A stretch of DNA of 64,000 nucleotides from Eledone cirrhosa (GCA_964016885.1 OZ024740.1:22506001-22570000), one strand, 5' to 3'; shown: positions 1 to 13,616, counted from the first letter of the stretch. Program-made: numbers and translations. The notes: generated from the sequence alone by a model not told the origin.

Positions 1-3000
1 ATTGGTGAAGGACTGTCAGTGTGTGTATTGGTGAAGGAGTGTCTGTGTGTGTATTGGTGAAGGAGTGTCTGTGTGTGTATTGGTGAAGGAGTGTCTGTGT
101 GTGTATTGGTGAAGGAGTGTCAGTGTGTGTATTGGTGAAGGAGTGTCTGTGTGTGTATTGGTGAAGGAGTATCTGTGTGTGTATTGGTGAAGGAGTGTCA
201 CTGTGTGTATTGGTGAAGAAGTGTCTGTGTGTGTATTGGTGAAGGAGTGTCTGTGTGTGTATTGGTGAAGGAGTGTCAATGTGTGTATTGGTGAAGGAGT
301 GTCAGTGTGTGTATTGGTGAAGGAGTGCCAGCGTGGGTATTGGTGAAGGAGTGTCTGTGTGTGTATTGGTGAAGGAGTGTCTGTGTGTGTATCGGTGAAG
401 GAGTGTCTGTGTGTGTATTGGTGAAGGAGTGTCTGTGTGGGTATTGGTGAAGGAGTGTCAGTGTGTGTATTGGTGAAGGAGTGTCAGTATGTGTATTGGT
501 AAAGGAGTGTCAGTGTAGGTATTGGTGAAGGAGTGTCTGTGTGTGTATTGGTGAAGGAGTGTCTGTGTGTGTATTGGTGAAGGAGTGTCAGTGTGTGTAT
601 TGGTGAAGGAGTGTCTGTGTGTGTATTGGTGAAGGAGTGTCTGTGTGTGTATTGGTGAAGGAGTTTTAGTGTAGGTATTGGTGAAGGAGTGTCAGTGTGT
701 GTATTGGTGAAGGAGTGTCTGTGTGTATATTGGTGAAGGAGCGTCTGTGTGTGTATTGGTGAAGGTATGTCTGTGTGTGTATTTGTGAAGGAGTGTCTGT
801 ATGGGTATTGGTGAAGGAGTGTCTGTGTGTGTATTGGCGAAGGAATGTCTGTGTGTATTGGTGAAGGAGTGTCTGTCTGGGTATTGGTGAAGGAGTGTCA
901 GTGTGTGTATTGGTGAAGTAGTTTCTGTGTGTGTATTGGTGAAGGAGTGTATGTGTGGGTATTGGTGAAGGAGTGTCTGTGTGTGTATTGGTGAAGGAGT
1001 GTCTGTGTGGGTATTGGTGAAGGAGTGTCTGTGTGGGTATTGTTGAAGGAGTGTCAGTGTGGGTATTGGTGAAAGAGTGTCAGTGTAGGTATTGGTGAAG
1101 GAGTGTCAGTGTGGGTATTGGTGAAGGAGTGTCAGTGTGTGTATTGGTGAAGGAGTGTCTGTGTGGGAATTTGAGTAGGAGTGTCTGTGTGTGTATTGGT
1201 GAAGGAGTGTCTGTGTGGGTATTGGTGAAGGAGTGTCTGTGTGGGTATTGGTGAAGGAGTGTCATTGTGGGTAGTGGTGAAGGAGTGTCAGTGTGTGTAT
1301 TGGTGAAGGACTGTCAGTGTGTGTATTGGTGAAGGAGTGTCTGTGTGTGTACTGGTGAAGGAGTGTCTGTGTGTGTATTGGTGAAGGAGTGTCTGTGTGT
1401 GTATTGGTGAAGGAGTGTCAGTGTGTGTATTGGTGAAGGAGTGTCTGTGTGTGTATTGGTGAAGGAGTATCTGTGTGTGTATTGGTGAAGGAGTGTCACT
1501 GTGTGTATTGGTGAAGAAGTGTCTGTGTGTGTATTGGTGAAGGAGTGTCTGTGTGTGTATTGGTGAAGGAGTGTCAATGTGTGTATTGGTGAAGGAGTGT
1601 CAGTGTGTGTATTGGTGAAGGAGTGCCAGCGTGGGTATTGGTGAAGGAGTGTCTGTGTGTGTATTGGTGAAGGAGTGTCTGTGTGTGTATCGGTGAAGGA
1701 GTGTCTGTGTGTGTATTGGTGAAGGAGTGTCTGTGTGGGTATTGGTGAAGGAGTGTCAGTGTGTGTATTGGTGAAGGAGTGTCAGTATGTGTATTGGTGA
1801 AGGAGTGTCAGTGTAGGTATTGGTGAAGGAGTGTCTGTGTGTGTATTGGTGAAGGAGTGTCTGTGTGTGTATTGGTGAAGGAGTGTCAGTGTGTGTATTG
1901 GTGAAGGAGTGTCTGTGTGTGTATTGGTGAAGGAGTGTCTGTGTGTGTATTGGTGAAGGAGTTTTAGTGTAGGTATTGGTGAAGGAGTGTCAGTGTGTGT
2001 ATTGGTGAAGGAGTGTCTGTGTGTATATTGGTGAAGGAGCGTCTGTGTGTGTATTGGTGAAGGTATGTCTGTGTGTGTATTTGTGAAGGAGTGTCTGTAT
2101 GGGTATTGGTGAAGGAGTGTCTGTGTGTGTATTGGCGAAGGAATGTCTGTGTGTATTGGTGAAGGAGTGTCTGTCTGGGTATTGGTGAAGGAGTGTCAGT
2201 GTGTGTATTGGTGAAGTAGTTTCTGTGTGTGTATTGGTGAAGGAGTGTCTGTGTGTGTATTAGTGAAGGAGTGTCTGTGTGGTGTGTATTGGTGAAGGTG
2301 TGTCTGTGTGTGTATTGGTGAAAGGAGTGTCTGTGTGTTTATTGGTGAAGGAGTATCTGTGTGTGTATTGATGAAGGAGTGTCAGTGTGTGTATTGGTGA
2401 AGAAGTGTCTGTGTGTGTATTGGTGAAGGAGTGTCTGTGTGTGTATTGGTGAAGGAGTGTCAGTGTGTGTATTGGTGAAAGGAGTGTCTGTGTGTTTATT
2501 GGTGAAGGAGTATCTGTGTGTGTATTGATGAAGGAGTGTCAGTGTGTGTATTGGTGAAGAAGTGTCTGTGTGTGTATTGGTGAAGGAGTGTCTGTGTGTG
2601 TATTGGTGAAGGAGTGTCAATGTGTGTATTGGTGAAGGAGTGTCAGTGTGTGTATTGGTGAAGGAGTGCCAGCGTTGGTATTGGTGAAGGAGTGTCTGTG
2701 TGTGTATTGGTGAAGGAGTGTCTGTGTGTGTATTGGTGAAGGAGTGTCTGTGTGTGTATTGGTGAAGGAGTGTCTGTGTGGGTATTGGTGAAGGAGTGTC
2801 AGTGTGTGTATTGGTGAAGGAGTGTCAGTATGTGTATTGGTGAAGGAGTGTCAGTGTAGGTATTGGTGAAGGAGTGTCTGTGTGTGTATTGGTGAAGGAG
2901 TGTCTGTGTGTGTATTGGTGAAGGAGTGTCTGTGTGGGTATTGTTGAAGGAGTGCCTGTGTGGGTATTGTTGAAGGAGTGTCTGTGTGGGTATTGGTGAA

Positions 3001-5265
3001 GGAGTGTCTGTGTGGGTATTGTTGAAGGAGTGTCAGTGTGGGTATTGGTGAAAGAGTGTCAGTGTAGGTATTGGTGAAGGAGTGTCAGTGTGGGTATTGG
3101 TGAAGGAGTGTTAGTGTGTGTATTGGTGAAGGTGTGTCTGTGTGTGTATTGGTGAAAGAGTGTCTGTGTGGGAATTGGAGTAGGAGTGTCTGTGTGTGTA
3201 TTGGTGAAGGAGTGTCAGTGTGTGTATTGGTGAAGGAGTGTCTGTGTGTGTATTGGTGAAGGAGTGTCTGTGTGGGTATTGGTGAAGGAGTGTCATTGTG
3301 TGTATTGGTGAAGGAGTGTCTGTGTGGGTATTGGTGAAGGAGTGTCTGTGTGTGTATTGGTGAAGGAGTGTCTGTGTGGGTAGTGGTGAAGGAGTGTCAG
3401 TGTAGGTATTGGTGAAGGAGTGTCTGTGTGGGTATTGGTGAAGGAGTGTCAGTGTGTGCATTGGTGAAGGAGTGTCTGTGATTGTATTTGTGAAGGAGTC
3501 TCTGTGTGTGTATTGGTGAAGGAGTGTCTGTGTGTGTATTGGTGAAGGAGTGTCAGTGTGTGTATTGGTGAAGGAGTGTCTGTGTGTGTATTGGTGAAGG
3601 AGCATCTGTGTGTGTATTGGTGAAGGAGTGTCAGTGTGTGTATTGGTGAATGAGTGTCAGTGTTATGTATTCGTGAAGGAGTGTCTGTGTGGGTATTGGT
3701 GAAGGAGTGTCTGTGTGTGTATTGGTGAAGGAGTGTCTGTGTGTGTATTGGTGAAGGAGTGTCAGTGTGTGTATTGGTGAAGGAGTGTCAGTGTAGGTAT
3801 TGGTGAAGGAGTGTCTGTGTGGGTATTGGTGAAGGAGTGTCTGTGTGTGTATTGGTGAAGGAGTGTCTGTGTGTGTATTGGTGAAGAAGTATCTGTGTGT
3901 GTATTGGTGAAAGAGTGTCAGTGTGTGTATTGGTGAAGGAGTGTCAGTGTAGGTATTGGTGAAGGAGTGTCTGTGTGGGTATTGGTGAAGGAGTGTCTGT
4001 GTGTGTATTGGTGAAGGAGTGTCTGTGTGTGTATTGGTGAAGGAGTGTCAGTGTAGGTATTGGTGAAGGAGTGTCTGTGTGGGTTTTGGTGAAGGAGTGT
4101 CTGTGTGTATATTGGTGAAGGAGTGTCTGTATGTGTATTGGTGAAGGAGTATCTGTGTGTGTATTGGTGAAGGAGTGTCAGTGTGTGTATTGGTGAAGGA
4201 GTGTCTGTGTGTGTATTGGTGAAGGAGTGTCTGTGTGTGTATTGGTGAAGGAGTGTCAATGTGTGTATTGGTGAAGAAGTGTCAGTGTAGGTATTGGTGA
4301 AGGAGTGTCAGTGTGGGTATTGGTGAAGGAGTGTCAGTGTGTGTATTGGTGAAGGAATGTCTGTGTGTGTATTGGTGAAGGAGTGTCAGCGTGGGTATTG
4401 ATGAAGGAGTGTCTGAGTGTATTGGTGAAGGAGTGTCTGTGTGTGTATTGGTGAAGGAGTGTCAGTGTGTGTATTGGTGAAGGAGTGTCTGTGTGGGTAT
4501 TGGTGAAGGAGTGTCAGTGTGGGTATTGGTGAAGGAGTGTCAGTGTGTGTATTGGTGAAGGAGTGTCTGTGTGTGTATTGGTGAAGGAGTGTCTGTGTGT
4601 GTATTGGTGAACGAGTGTCTGTGTGGGTATTGGTAATGGAGCGTCTGTGTGTGTATTGGTGAAGGAGTGTCAGTGTAGGTATTGGTGAAGGAGTGTCTGT
4701 GTGGGTATTGGTGAAGGAGTGTCAGTGTGTGTATTGGTGAAGGAGTGTCTGTGTAGGTATTGGTGAAGGAGTGTCTGTGTGTGTATTGGTGAAGGAGTGT
4801 CAGTGTATGTATTGGTGAAGGAGTGTCATTGTAGGTATTCGTGAAGGAGTGTCAGTGTGTGTATTGGTGAAGGAATTTATGTGTGTGTATTGGTGAAGGA
4901 GTGTATGCGTGTGTATTGGTGAAGGAGTGTCAGTGTAGTTATTGGTGAAGGAGTGTCTGTGTGTGTATTGGTGAAGGAGTGTCTGTGTGTGTATTGGTGA
5001 AGGAGTGTAAGTGTAGGTATTGGTGAAGGAGAGTCTGTGTGTGTATTGGTGAAGGAGTGTCAGTGTAGGTATTGGTGAAGGAGTGTCTGTGTGTGTATTG
5101 GTGAAGGAGTGTCAGTGTAGGTATTGGTGAAGGAGAGTCTGTGTGTGTATTGGTGAAGGAGTGTCAGTGTAGGTATTGGTGAAGGAGTGTCATTGTAGGT
5201 ATTGGTGAAGGAGTGTCAGTGTGTGTATTGGTGAATGAGTGTCAGTGTAGGTATTGGTGAAAGTG
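1..5265. repeat. 26-bp tandem satellite, consensus ATTGGTGAAGGAGTGTCTGTGTGTGT
   Basis: Unit recurs every 26 nt from position 1 to ~5260; array runs off the window start. Confidence 0.98.
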
Positions 5266-5670
5266 CGAGGAAAATGTGAAAGGAGGGAGATGGTAAAAAA
5301 GAGAGGAAAAGAAAGTGGGGAAATGAGAGGGAGGGAGAAAAGGTAAAATAGACAGAAAGGAGACGTGAGATAGCGAAATTGGGAAAGGGAGAGAGAGAGG
5401 GAGAAAGTGAGAGAGAGTGGAATAAAGTGAAAGAGGGAGTGAGTGAGAGAGAAAGAGTGAACATGAGAGAGGAAGTGTGTGTGAGAGAGAGGGGTGGGGA
5501 GAAAGTGGGAGAGGAAGTGAGAGAGAGAGAGGGAGAAAGTGAGAGAGATGGAGAGAGGGAGAAATTAAGACAGGAAGTGTGTTTGTGAGAGAGAGATGGA
5601 GTGGGAGAAAGTAAGAGAGGAAGTATGTGAGAGAGAGAGAGAGAGAAAGAGAGAGCGAGAAAGAGAGAGA
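5266..5670. repeat. purine-rich (GA) low-complexity tract
   Basis: Almost exclusively G/A with (GA)n runs. Confidence 0.85.
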
Positions 5671-5796
5671 ACTTGTAGTGATGTAACAACTAATCTATAT
5701 CTCTCACCCCCCTCTCTATCTCAACATCTTCCTCCTTCTTTAAATTAGTTGCTGTCTCACTACTACCCCCTCTACATCTGTTTCTTTCTCAACCAA

Positions 5797-6045
5797 GAAG
5801 GTGCATGGCTTAGTGGTTAGAGCATTGGGCTTGCAATCGAAAGGTTGTGAGTTCAATTCTCGGACCGGGTGATGTGTTGTTTCCTTGAGCAAGACACTTT
5901 ATTTCATGTTGCTCCAGTTTATTCTAGAAATGAGATGACAGGGACTGGGGTCCCTATCATTTAAACACCCAAGACACCTCCAACGAGATATAACTTGGCG
6001 GAGGCGAGCTAAACCTGCATAGGTGTGAGCTGTCACACACACACA
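5797..6045 (+). mobile_element. tRNA-derived SINE (family 1, CORE-like body)
   Basis: A box TGGCTTAGTGG, B box GAGTTCAATTC, then CCTTGAGCAAGACACTT core-like motif; reverse-complement copy at 57520-57760. Confidence 0.85.
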
Positions 6046-6293
6046 TGAACATGAACACACTCCCTCACAAATAATGGGTCCTTCGACGGTTTCTACGATG
6101 AACATTCACTTTATCATTCAATTAAACTTACGCTAGAGGCGCCGAGTATCCAATAGACATGTGAACAGTTAACCGTCTGACATAATATATGACAAGGGTT
6201 GGTTGTTAGGATTACAGCCTCAATCCATACAAAGGACTTTCACAGTTTCTGCCAACCCAATTTCCACACAACACATGTGTCAACCTAAGACTA

Positions 6294-6495
6294 TACGAGA
6301 ATCGACTGAAAATGTCATGAGCTGAATATAAAGGAGTGATGCTAGAGCTGTGAAATCTTGCATGCATTAATTTCAACTCTTCTTATTAATAACTGCATTG
6401 TTTCTCCCCAGGGACTATGTTGATAAATAAATCCCATTTGGTCATTCCATGAGAGTATCTTGGTCAGCTTATGAACCTATCAGTCGACTCTCGTA
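6294..6495 (+). mobile_element. mariner-derived MITE (internally deleted)
   Basis: Imperfect TIRs TACGAGAATCGACTGA.../...TCAGTCGACTCTCGTA bounded by TA; internal GGGACTATGTTGATAAATAA resembles the mariner transposase C-terminus GDYVEK*; second copy at ~29790-30055. Confidence 0.7.
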
Positions 6496-6749
6496 TGTCA
6501 TTACGGCGTCCCTACAAGTCTGTCAGGAGTTACAGGTTCATATATACATATCCAAGTCGCTAGTATGTGATATCTAAGTTTGGCTACTATTTCTAGCAGG
6601 TGGAGTGATCCTATAGAGTTTCCCAGGCTGGCACATTACCCATGAGTATGTGGTCCCAGACATATTCACCAGAAAATACAGGGTTTATTTCATATGGACG
6701 AGACTAACGCCTAATTCTCGCTATTGAATATCATTGTTTAGAAATAGTG

Positions 6750-6962
<213 letters not shown>

Positions 6963-7169
6963 TTGATAGAGTAAGACACGCTTCACATCGGCTCCGCTAT
7001 TCCATCGGGATTTACCCTTACTATTGTAAGTACCGGATAAATTTTTCAGTGCAACACATTTGGAACACTAACCCCTGTTATTTAGGGAAACATTTTTGCA
7101 TTTACCCCCTTTTTAGGGGGTAAAATAAATAAATATCTATTTTTGCCGAAAAATTTCTTTCTTGGCAGC

Positions 7170-9018
7170 ATGGCGGAAAAGATGGCAGACATGTCTGCCA
7201 TTAGCTCTGCCACGCCCCCCAAGTCTGAAGAACAAAAAATAATTACAACAAAATTAGACAATGAAACAAACAAAGAAAATGAAAAAACAAATGTTAAGGA
7301 AAATGAGCAAACGGAAAACAAACAAACAGAAAATAATACAAATAACAACAGGGCAACTTTCGCCCAGAAAACAAAACAATCCATTACATACACACCAATT
7401 GACCTAACTGCCGCCAGAGAAAAACTGGCCGAAGCAAAGTAACACATTGTTTTGGGGGAGAACGGAATGTTTTCCATTAACCCCCCCCCCCCCCCCCCCC
7501 CAGAATTCAAGAAAGAAAGAACAGAGAACACAGTTCTCTTCAGAACTATACTGAACCAGACAAGAAAGCCAGCACAGCCCAGCCAAATGGAAATAGAGTT
7601 GGTCCTAAAAGACTATATGAAGAATATTCTCTTCATACGAAAGGACCGACTCTATGGCAGCATTTCGGTCTTAACAAAAGACAAGGAAACGGCGGAGAAG
7701 CTTTCCCTAAGCCCACTCTCATCGATAACATACAGCTTCTATCCCTCCTACATGGGTAGAAGAACACAGAGAGTAAAAGTAAAAACAATGCTGCCCACAA
7801 TGGACTTCTGGTGGGCTATTGCTGGCTTCATAGACATGGGCGAAGACACAATGCTGTCAATGGGGAAGGCAACTGGAGATGCGTTCCTGGGAATGGGCCT
7901 CGACATACTAGTCCAAATGAGGCCCGAAAGAATAGCACAAATCCCGGATCGCATCTGGCTGGATGACCTTACCCCAATAGACATAATTGTAGAGGGGAGA
8001 AGACCAGCATGCTATTTATGCATGGAAAGGGGACACGTTAAGGCTAACTTCCCGAAACGTATCCCCCAAAAAGGACTATTGCCCACACCCACCACAAACA
8101 GTACACCAACACCACCTACCTCCAAAAATACACTAATACCACACACAGCAAACAAAATACAGACACCACCAACCACAAACACAACACAAACATCACCACC
8201 ACCAGCACCAAACACAAGCACGACACAAAAATCACCACCACCAACCACAACACAAACATCACCATCACCAACCACAAGCACGACACAAACATTACCACCA
8301 CCACCACCACCACAAAACCCATTCCAAACAAATAATAAAAAAAACAGTAACAAATCTACCCCTCCCGCAAAAAAAAACAACCACACAACACGTCCCTCCC
8401 ACCTAGCGCTGAAGAGTTTCCCCCAACTTCTGAAGAAGAAGGAGGAGAAGCCTTCAGACAAGTTAAAAGAAAAAAAAGAAAACACACGCCCAGCACACCA
8501 CAAATAACCCACACACAAACACCAACTCCAATCAAAAACACCCCACCCTCAACAAACAAAAATAAATCTGCGCCTCCCCTCTCCGAAACATTGACAGCAT
8601 CACAAAAAAAGACGTTGCAATACACATATATAAATAAAGAAAACAAAAAACTGGTTAAATTAATAAACAATAACCCTATGGTGCAGACCGAAGGGCCAAA
8701 CTTTATCTCAACAGAGAACTTCACCCATTTAAAAATGATAAAGGTCCCTCTGGACCTTTATCGTTCATTAAAAGAACAATTTAGACGGGACGTGAGCCCC
8801 CCCCCCCCTGTTTAAAACCGTTAAATCGCGTCCTCTTGAAAGATTTCCCCATAACCGGCCCTCTCCCTGACACAACTCCAAATACCCCAACCCCACCACA
8901 CACGGATACCCCCACACCACCACAAAACATCCCTCCACCCAACACACCTGATGCCATGGAAATTACACAACCCGGAGAGGTAGGTGCTTTTCTTTCTTCA
9001 CTTTCAACACCAAAATAG
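7170..9018 (+). pseudogene. Tx1 ORF1 (gag-like, degenerate CCHC knuckle CYLCMERGHVKANF, Pro/Thr-rich linker)
   Basis: ORF pieces 7143-7442, 7452-8507, 8591-8815 and 8836-9018 broken by stops/frameshifts; homologous to 30961-32460. Confidence 0.8.
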
Positions 9019-9023
9019 ATCAA

Positions 9024-12000
9024 TTGAGAGTTGGCTGTTTGAACGCGCGTGGCCTGGGGTCAGCTTGGAAGCAAGCAAAGCTTCTAAATGACCTCAGGTC
9101 ACAAAGTATAGATGTGATGGTTGTTTGCGAGAGTCGGATCAGCAGCGTGAGACAGCTGGCGCCCGCCTTCGATGACTTTAAGATGCACGCATCTCTCTGT
9201 CAACCCGGAGGCGGGGGGGGGGGGGGGGTGCCGTACTGCTGGATAAACGTCTGGCTCTCGACGTACAGATTGTTCACTCGGACCCGGGGGGTCGATTACT
9301 GGTGCTGGACGTCGGAGGCGGTGAAGGCGGGGCTTTCAGACTGGTCGGTCTTTATGGCCCCTTCGGGGCGGAAAGAGCCGACTTCTTCCAGCGTCTGGAG
9401 ACTTTTCTAGGAACGTCGCGTTCCCTGCTTTTAGTGGGGGACTGGAATGGAATCCTAGATGCGCGTTGGGACTATGCAGGGGCATGTCCCGAAAGAGGGG
9501 GGTGTAGCAGCCTCAAGGGGTTACTCGATCGATTCGACCTGGTCGATAGATTTCGACTAGATTGTCCAACTGCGCCAACCTGGACCTGGGCAAACCGCAG
9601 TGGACAATCTAGATCGTACCTAGATAGGTTTTTGGTTAGGAGTAAGGATAGGGACGTATTTAGTTGTCCAGAATTGATCATGGTTGGCTATTCAGATCAC
9701 AAATTAGTGACCTGCGTGGTCAACCTTGATAGAACGCATAGACAGGGTCCCGGTTACTGGAAGATGAACTTGTCCTTGCCGGCAAAGAAAGATTACAGGA
9801 ACCGGATTAGTAGCTTAGTTAAGATGCGGTTGACGGGAGCGATCGTCAACAGTAGGTGGTGGGTATCTCTAAAGAGAGAGATTAGAGTAAGTTCGATAGG
9901 TTACAGTAAGGAACTAGTGGCGAATAGAAATAGGAAGGAAAGGGAGTTAACAGATAAACTAGAAGAGGCGATTAGGAGCGAAGACGTAGCCAGAGTGTTA
10001 GCGGCGAGAACGGCGTTGAGCCAGTTCTTTGACGCGAAGCACGAAGGCTGCGTTGTCCGAAGTAAAATACGTGCTTTAGGAAACGAGGGGACCAAAGCTG
10101 TTAGCTGGGCCCGCGTGACAGAAGCCAAGAGTGGGATTAAATCCACCATTCGGTCTTTGCGAGACCAGGATGGACGGGTGATCCTTGAACCTGAGCGGAT
10201 GTGCGTGGCCTTTCAAAGGCACTTTGCTCGACTGTTCGGAGGGGGCGGGGGGCCGGACGGGGATGTGGACTTCGGTCCATACCTCGACGGTCTACCGCGT
10301 CTTTCGAGCGGCGAAGCGGAGTGCTGCGAAAGGCCAATCACAGCCACTGAAATCGGGGAAGCGCTCAGCCAATGCAGCAGACGCAAATCCCCGGGTCTCG
10401 ATGGTCTACCATACGAATTTTATTTAGCTATGCCGGTCTTGTTCTCCGAACTCCTCGAGGCTGTCTATTGCAACTGGCAACAGAACGGGAGAATTCCCTG
10501 TTCTGTGACCAAGGGCGTGGTCACGCTAGTGAGGAAGGACGAGAGCAAGGGGGACGACTTAAGTAACTTTAGGCCCATAACTCTGCTGAATGCAGAGTTA
10601 CAGATTTTGGCCAAGGTGTTGGTGAAGAGGTTGGCGCTTGTGGTGGGTGGTTTGGTGGGAGACGCGCAGACATCCCGTCCAGGTCCATTCACGACAACCT
10701 CCACCTCATGCGATACATCATAGAGAGGGTTGGCAACGAACCCGGCTTTGGTGGGGCCCTGATCAACTTGGATCAATCTAAGGCGTTTGATAGAGTCGAC
10801 CATGGTTACCTGGATGCGGTGCTAGCGGCGGCGGGCTTCGGACCCGTTTTCAGGGGCTGGATTTCTGCCATGCACAGTGGCAACATCTACTCTAGAATTA
10901 AAGTAAACGGCTACCTCTCGGAGCCGTTTCAAATCACCCGGTCCATCAGACAGGTGTGCCCCCTCTCCTCCCTTCTGTACGTATTGACTCTCGAGCCACT
11001 GCTGTGGAAGTTGGAGTTGCTGCGGGGCATACCCCTGTAACCGGGATTGCACAAAGCGGTCTCGGCCTATGCCGACGACGTAACAGTAATGGTGGCGGAC
11101 GCCTCGGAAATCGGGGCGATCGCCACCCTACTGGAGGAATACGAAAGGCTGACGGGGGCTAGGCTGAACCGAGACAAGTCAGTCGGTTTGCAACTCGGAA
11201 CGTGGAGGGGCAAACCGATGCCGTTAGACGGTGTCGTCGGGCGGTGGACGGAGGGCCCGGTGAAGCTGCTCGGGGTCTGGTTCGGACCGGACCTGCAGGT
11301 GGAGAAGAATTGGGGCGAGGTGACGAGCAGGGTGTTTGCGCTGACCCAGAAGTGGGCCAAGTGCAAACTATCACTGAAAGGTCGGGCGGAGGTGACGAAC
11401 GCTTACATAGCGTCCGTCATCTGCTACCGCCTGACCGTCGTGCCTTGCCCCAAGGAAAAGATCACCATCATGGAACGCATGCTCTTCCAGTTCCTCTGGA
11501 AGAAGCGGCCTCCCATGGTGAGGAGATCCATCTGCTGCCAGCACCCTTCGAAAGGAGGGCTGGGTGTGCCGTGGCTGTTGATGCGTAGGCACGCATTGAG
11601 GCTACGGCATCTACAGGTATTCCTCACCGGTCAGCCGGTGTGGGCCTCGTTTGTGAGGCGAGCCTTCCCACAGCTCGTCTCGCTCACCGAGCTGCAATCC
11701 TGGGTGAAGCAAAGACCGAGAAAACTGGGCAACTGGCACACCGAGTGTGCCCAGGCGCTCACGGCTATCTGGCAAGCGGACCCGACTGTCAGTGGAGAAT
11801 CCACCTCGACATTCTATAGAGGGCTGGTGGCTAGCAGGGGCGACGACACCCTTGGAGAGTCGCTAGGCATGGAGGAGGACGAACTGGCCAGCCTGTTCGG
11901 TAGAACTTTCGGCCCGGGACCCATGGACAACTTCCAGAGGTCCCTAGCCTGGCAGTGTTACCGGGGGGCTCTGCCCGTTCGAGAAAAGCTCTACAGACAC

Positions 12001-12450
12001 GGGCGCCCGGGCAGGGATCCAGCGAAAAAGATCTGTCCCAGATGCGTGCGCGACGAGGAAACCGTTGCGCATGCACTGGTACACTGCCCGGGCGTTGCCG
12101 ATCTGTGGGGCTACATCGAACGACTGCTGTCGCGTGTGGCGCCGATTCGATTAACCGCCGAGTCTGTGGTGAACATCAAGCCGCCTCCTCCCTTCAGAAA
12201 CGAAGCAGAGGCGGTCTTTCTGTGCGTAATAGCCATGATGAAAGAGGTTGTGTGGTGGACGCGCCTGAAAGGTCTGAGGTCGGGTGACTTTCTCTCCGGC
12301 CATCACCTGGTTTACTTCTTCCGATACCACTTCGGAAGAAGGATCAGGATGGAGAGAGAAGTGCTTGGCCCCAGACAGTTTTATGAAAGGTGGGTGAAAG
12401 AAGCGAGAATGGCTCGTGTAAATGGGCCTTCTCTCTACATTGTTCTGTAG
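9024..12450 (+). pseudogene. Tx1 ORF2: APE endonuclease + reverse transcriptase + C-terminal Zn finger
   Basis: CLNARGL, GDWN, SYLDRF, SDH (APE); KSPGLDG, FRPITLLN, DQSKAFD, RQxCPLS, YADD (RT); CPRC..ETVAHALVHCP; frameshifts and a stop. Confidence 0.93.
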
Positions 12451-12680
12451 GTGAAGAAGTGAAGAGGAAAGGGGGAGCGCCTCCTCTCTGGGCTTCCCCC
12501 GCGAAAAGGGTTGCACACTTTTCGGGGGTATGTGCAATCCCGAACACGCCCCCTCCCTTTTGAGGACTTTTTATTATTATATTATTATTGTTATTCCTTT
12601 TTCTTTACTCGATTTATGTAAACTCCCCCACTGTGTATTTGTCCCCTTCTTTTGTGCCCTCGTGGCAAATAAATAGAAAT

Positions 12681-12741
<61 letters not shown>

Positions 12742-13372
12742 CAACCGTCGCGCACGCATTCATACACTGCCCGGGCGTCACTGACCTGTGGGGCTATGTA
12801 GAACGACTATTGTCGCCGGTGGGACCAATCCAGTTGACCACCGAGTCCATTGTCATGATCAAACCGCCACCCTCCTTCAAAAACGAAGGAGAGGCGGTTT
12901 TCCTTTGTGTGATAGCTATGGCGAAAGAGGTTGTATGGTGGACAAGGTTGAAAGGGCTGAGGTCAGACACCTTTCTCTCCGGCCAACAACTGATTCTTTT
13001 TTTCAAATACCACTTTGGAAGAAGAATCAGGATGGAGAGAGAGGTGCTGTACCCCAGCAAGTTTTATGAAAGGTGGGTGAAAGTGGCGAGAATGGCCCGA
13101 GTGAATGGGCCTTCTCTCTATATCAGCCTGTAGGTTGAGGAAAAGGAGGAGGAGAGGAAAGGAGTACAAACTCTTCGTACTCCTGGCGATGAGGGTTGCA
13201 CATTTTTTTTCGGGGGTATGTGTTACCCATATAAACTGTCTCCCTCTATTGGGGAAAATCGACTAACTTTTTAAATTCCATTTGTGATAACATTTTACAC
13301 GTTTTTATTGTATGTAAACTTCCCCCTTTGTATTTGTCCCCTTCTTTTGTGCCCCTGTGGCTAATAAAGAAA
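12742..13372 (+). mobile_element. Tx1 5'-truncated copy B
   Basis: Starts in the zf domain (TVAHAFIHCP) right after (TATC)n; ends GTGGCTAATAAAGAAA+TATC. Confidence 0.92.
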
Positions 13373-13424
13373 TATATCTATCTATCCAACCATCCATCCA
13401 TCCATCTATCTATCTATCTATCTA

Positions 13425-13612
13425 TTTTTTGTTTTTATATTTTTTACACGACTGTATGTAAAATCCCCGGCATGTCTTTGTATTGTCCCCTTTCTTGTTG
13501 CGCCCTTGTGGCTAATAAAGAAATCCATCTATTTTCATATACCTGTAGGTAAACTCCCCATTTGTTTTTGTCCCCTTCTTTTGTGCCCTTGTGGCTAATA
13601 AAGAAATTTATC
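13425..13612 (+). mobile_element. two very short Tx1 3'UTR-only insertions (C, D)
   Basis: Each ends ...CCCTTGTGGCTAATAAAGAAAT followed by (C/T)ATCTAT. Confidence 0.8.
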
Positions 13613-13616
13613 TATC

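Larger units (their letters stand above)
6963..12680 (+). mobile_element. Tx1-clade non-LTR retrotransposon, full-length decayed copy A
   Basis: 5'UTR, ORF1 with Zn knuckle, ORF2 APE-RT-zf, 3'UTR with AATAAA; (TATC)n on both sides. Confidence 0.92.

Noticed and set aside
1-5265. CRISPR-like array or His/Thr-rich ORFs
   Set aside because: Units are contiguous with no unique spacers and no cas genes; the ORFs are translations of the satellite
5797-5875. tRNA gene
   Set aside because: Poor acceptor and anticodon pairing, continues into a SINE body, and a second copy of the whole unit exists
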